Positions 62,959 to 64,000 of a stretch of DNA of 64,000 bases are shown piece by piece (the stretch's first letter is position 1; every line of letters starts with the position of its first letter). The stretch is from a virus (Duplodnaviria > Caudoviricetes). Under the pieces are notes generated by a model. It saw only the letters and a list, made by a program, of their open reading frames with translations. It did no database searches and was not told the DNA's origin. The position numbers and the translations under genes were made by a program. The stretch lies in IMG/VR virus record IMGVR_UViG_3300037189_030782. One strand, given 5' to 3'.

Positions 62959-63480
62959 TTAGCGATTCAAGAGACGCTTTCTGTACTTAACATCGATGTT
63001 GCCACTCTTTCTATTGGTGACAACAACCTCATACCGACCGTAGTCCTTGACAACTCTGTTGCCATCTCGGCTAACGGTGGTGGTGTCCTTGCAAGCGCAA
63101 GGAGGAACACAGATGGGAACATTAAGCTCCGTAGCGACCTTGCTGCAAGTGCAAGGGTCTCTCTTGCACACACATAGCGTTGCCGTATCCGGCACAGCGT
63201 TAGGTGCAATGTTTCTCTTGTGCCTATAGGTAACCTTGGGCTCGTTGCCGCAGCTATTGCAACCACAGTTGGGACCACTGCAAGTGGGTGAAACAATCGC
63301 AGCAGTCGAAGTAATCACGGCAGAGTCATAAGTCGAGGATGCTGGGGCCGTGGCCTGTGCTTCCTTAGAAGATAAGATACTGACCGTGTTATCAGCAAGA
63401 GTAGGTGACTGTTGATCTGCCCCAAAAACAAAAATGGGACAAACTGCAACAAAGAAAAAAACAACGTTTAAAAATCTCAT
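62959..63480 (-). CDS. Secreted Cys-rich protein
   Basis: AAAGGAG SD; signal peptide MRFLNVVFFFVAVCPIFVFGA; CSGPNCGCNSC, CVCKRDPCTC, CVPPCAC. Confidence 0.8.
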   Translation of the reverse strand: MRFLNVVFFFVAVCPIFVFGADQQSPTLADNTVSILSSKEAQATAPASSTYDSAVITSTAAIVSPTCSGPNCGCNSCGNEPKVTYRHKRNIAPNAVPDTATLCVCKRDPCTCSKVATELNVPICVPPCACKDTTTVSRDGNRVVKDYGRYEVVVTNRKSGNIDVKYRKRLLNR

Positions 63481-63551
63481 TTCTAAACTCCTTTCAAAAG
63501 GTAACAAACCGACCGACCGAAACAGCAACCAAACTTATGACTGCCGTTATT

Positions 63552-63580
63552 ATGATAGCACGATATTTTCAAAAATCAAT
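63552..63580 (-). promoter_or_regulatory. Promoter TTGATT-N16-TATCAT with extended -10
   Basis: Minus strand ATTGATTTTTGAAAATATCGTGCTATCAT. Confidence 0.6.
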
Positions 63581-63606
63581 AGCATCAAAATAAAAATTAC
63601 TAAAAT

Positions 63607-63870
63607 TTATCTGTGCCATCTTGCTATTTCTTTATCCAAATCACCTAACTTTTCTAAAGCAGCAACAATTTGTTTCACCCCAGAAGAACCCAAGTTCTCT
63701 ATTGAAGAAATCTGTTTCTCATTTAAAGAAACTAAGTCCTTTATATAAATTAAGTTGTGCTTAGAATCTTCCAAGGCATTAATTACCCTTAAAGGAAGAC
63801 CAAGATACTCTAATTCAGCTATAGGGATGTTTTCTTTAATCGCCTTTTTTGTCAAATCGTTGTTTATCAC
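63607..63870 (-). CDS. Stand-alone RNA polymerase alpha subunit C-terminal-domain-like protein
   Basis: IPIAELEYLGLPLRVINALE...YIKDLVSLNEKQISSIENLGSSGVKQIVAALEKLG matches the alpha-CTD helix-hairpin-helix pattern; GTG start with AAGGAG SD. Confidence 0.8.
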   Translation of the reverse strand: MINNDLTKKAIKENIPIAELEYLGLPLRVINALEDSKHNLIYIKDLVSLNEKQISSIENLGSSGVKQIVAALEKLGDLDKEIARWHR

Positions 63871-63871
63871 T

Positions 63872-64000
63872 TTATCTCCTTACTTTTGTGACTTTGTGTG
63901 GCCTCATAATAGTTCCAGTATTAGAAGCTACTTTTTCTGGGCCTATGTAGACATATTTGGGCGTTTCGTTTTTAAATTTTACATATATCGCCGTTCTATC
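63872..64000 (-). CDS. Hypothetical protein, C-terminal fragment (truncated by window)
   Basis: Open frame DRTAIYVKFK...KVTKVRR to TAA at 63872-63874. Confidence 0.5.
   Translation of the reverse strand, partial: DRTAIYVKFKNETPKYVYIGPEKVASNTGTIMRPHKVTKVRR

Noticed and set aside
1-64000. CRISPR array, rRNA, tRNA, integrase or IS element
   Set aside because: No regularly spaced repeat-spacer series, cloverleaf or transposase/integrase motif was seen by eye; tRNAscan and Infernal were not run.
1-64000. Alternative genetic code (TAG or TGA reassignment)
   Set aside because: Conserved genes are full length under code 11, coding density is high, and TAA, TAG and TGA all end recognisable genes.

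Overview
The whole window is large (jumbo-type) myovirus DNA. I found no rRNA, tRNA, CRISPR array, integrase or IS. It splits into two segments that look like different genomes. Segment A (1 to ~47.6 kb) is more GC-rich, with tightly packed genes, almost all on the + strand. It holds a glycan-modification cluster (several glycosyltransferases, a sulfotransferase, Gmd), a replication block (RecA, DnaB/gp41-like helicase, GroES, a minimal family A DNA polymerase, UvsY-, gp32- and RNase H-like genes, PhoH, dUTPase), a minus-strand GT / radical SAM-SPASM / metallophosphoesterase module, a papain-like protease, and a T4-like neck, sheath, three-tube, tape measure and baseplate operon interrupted by a primase. 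Segment B (~47.6 to 64 kb) is AT-rich, homopolymer-rich and mostly on the minus strand. It holds ParB-like, minimal ligase, SprT, CsrA, GT2, methyltransferase, two AAA+ ATPases, HNH, a set of proteins sharing an MxFxxWL N-terminus, two candidate structured RNAs and an RNA polymerase alpha-CTD mimic. The segments meet at a 47-bp (TCATCC)n microsatellite inside an apparently fused 811-aa ORF, which suggests an assembly chimera or a repeat-mediated recombination. All product calls come from motifs read by eye, with no database searches. A planctomycete-like host is a weak inference only.
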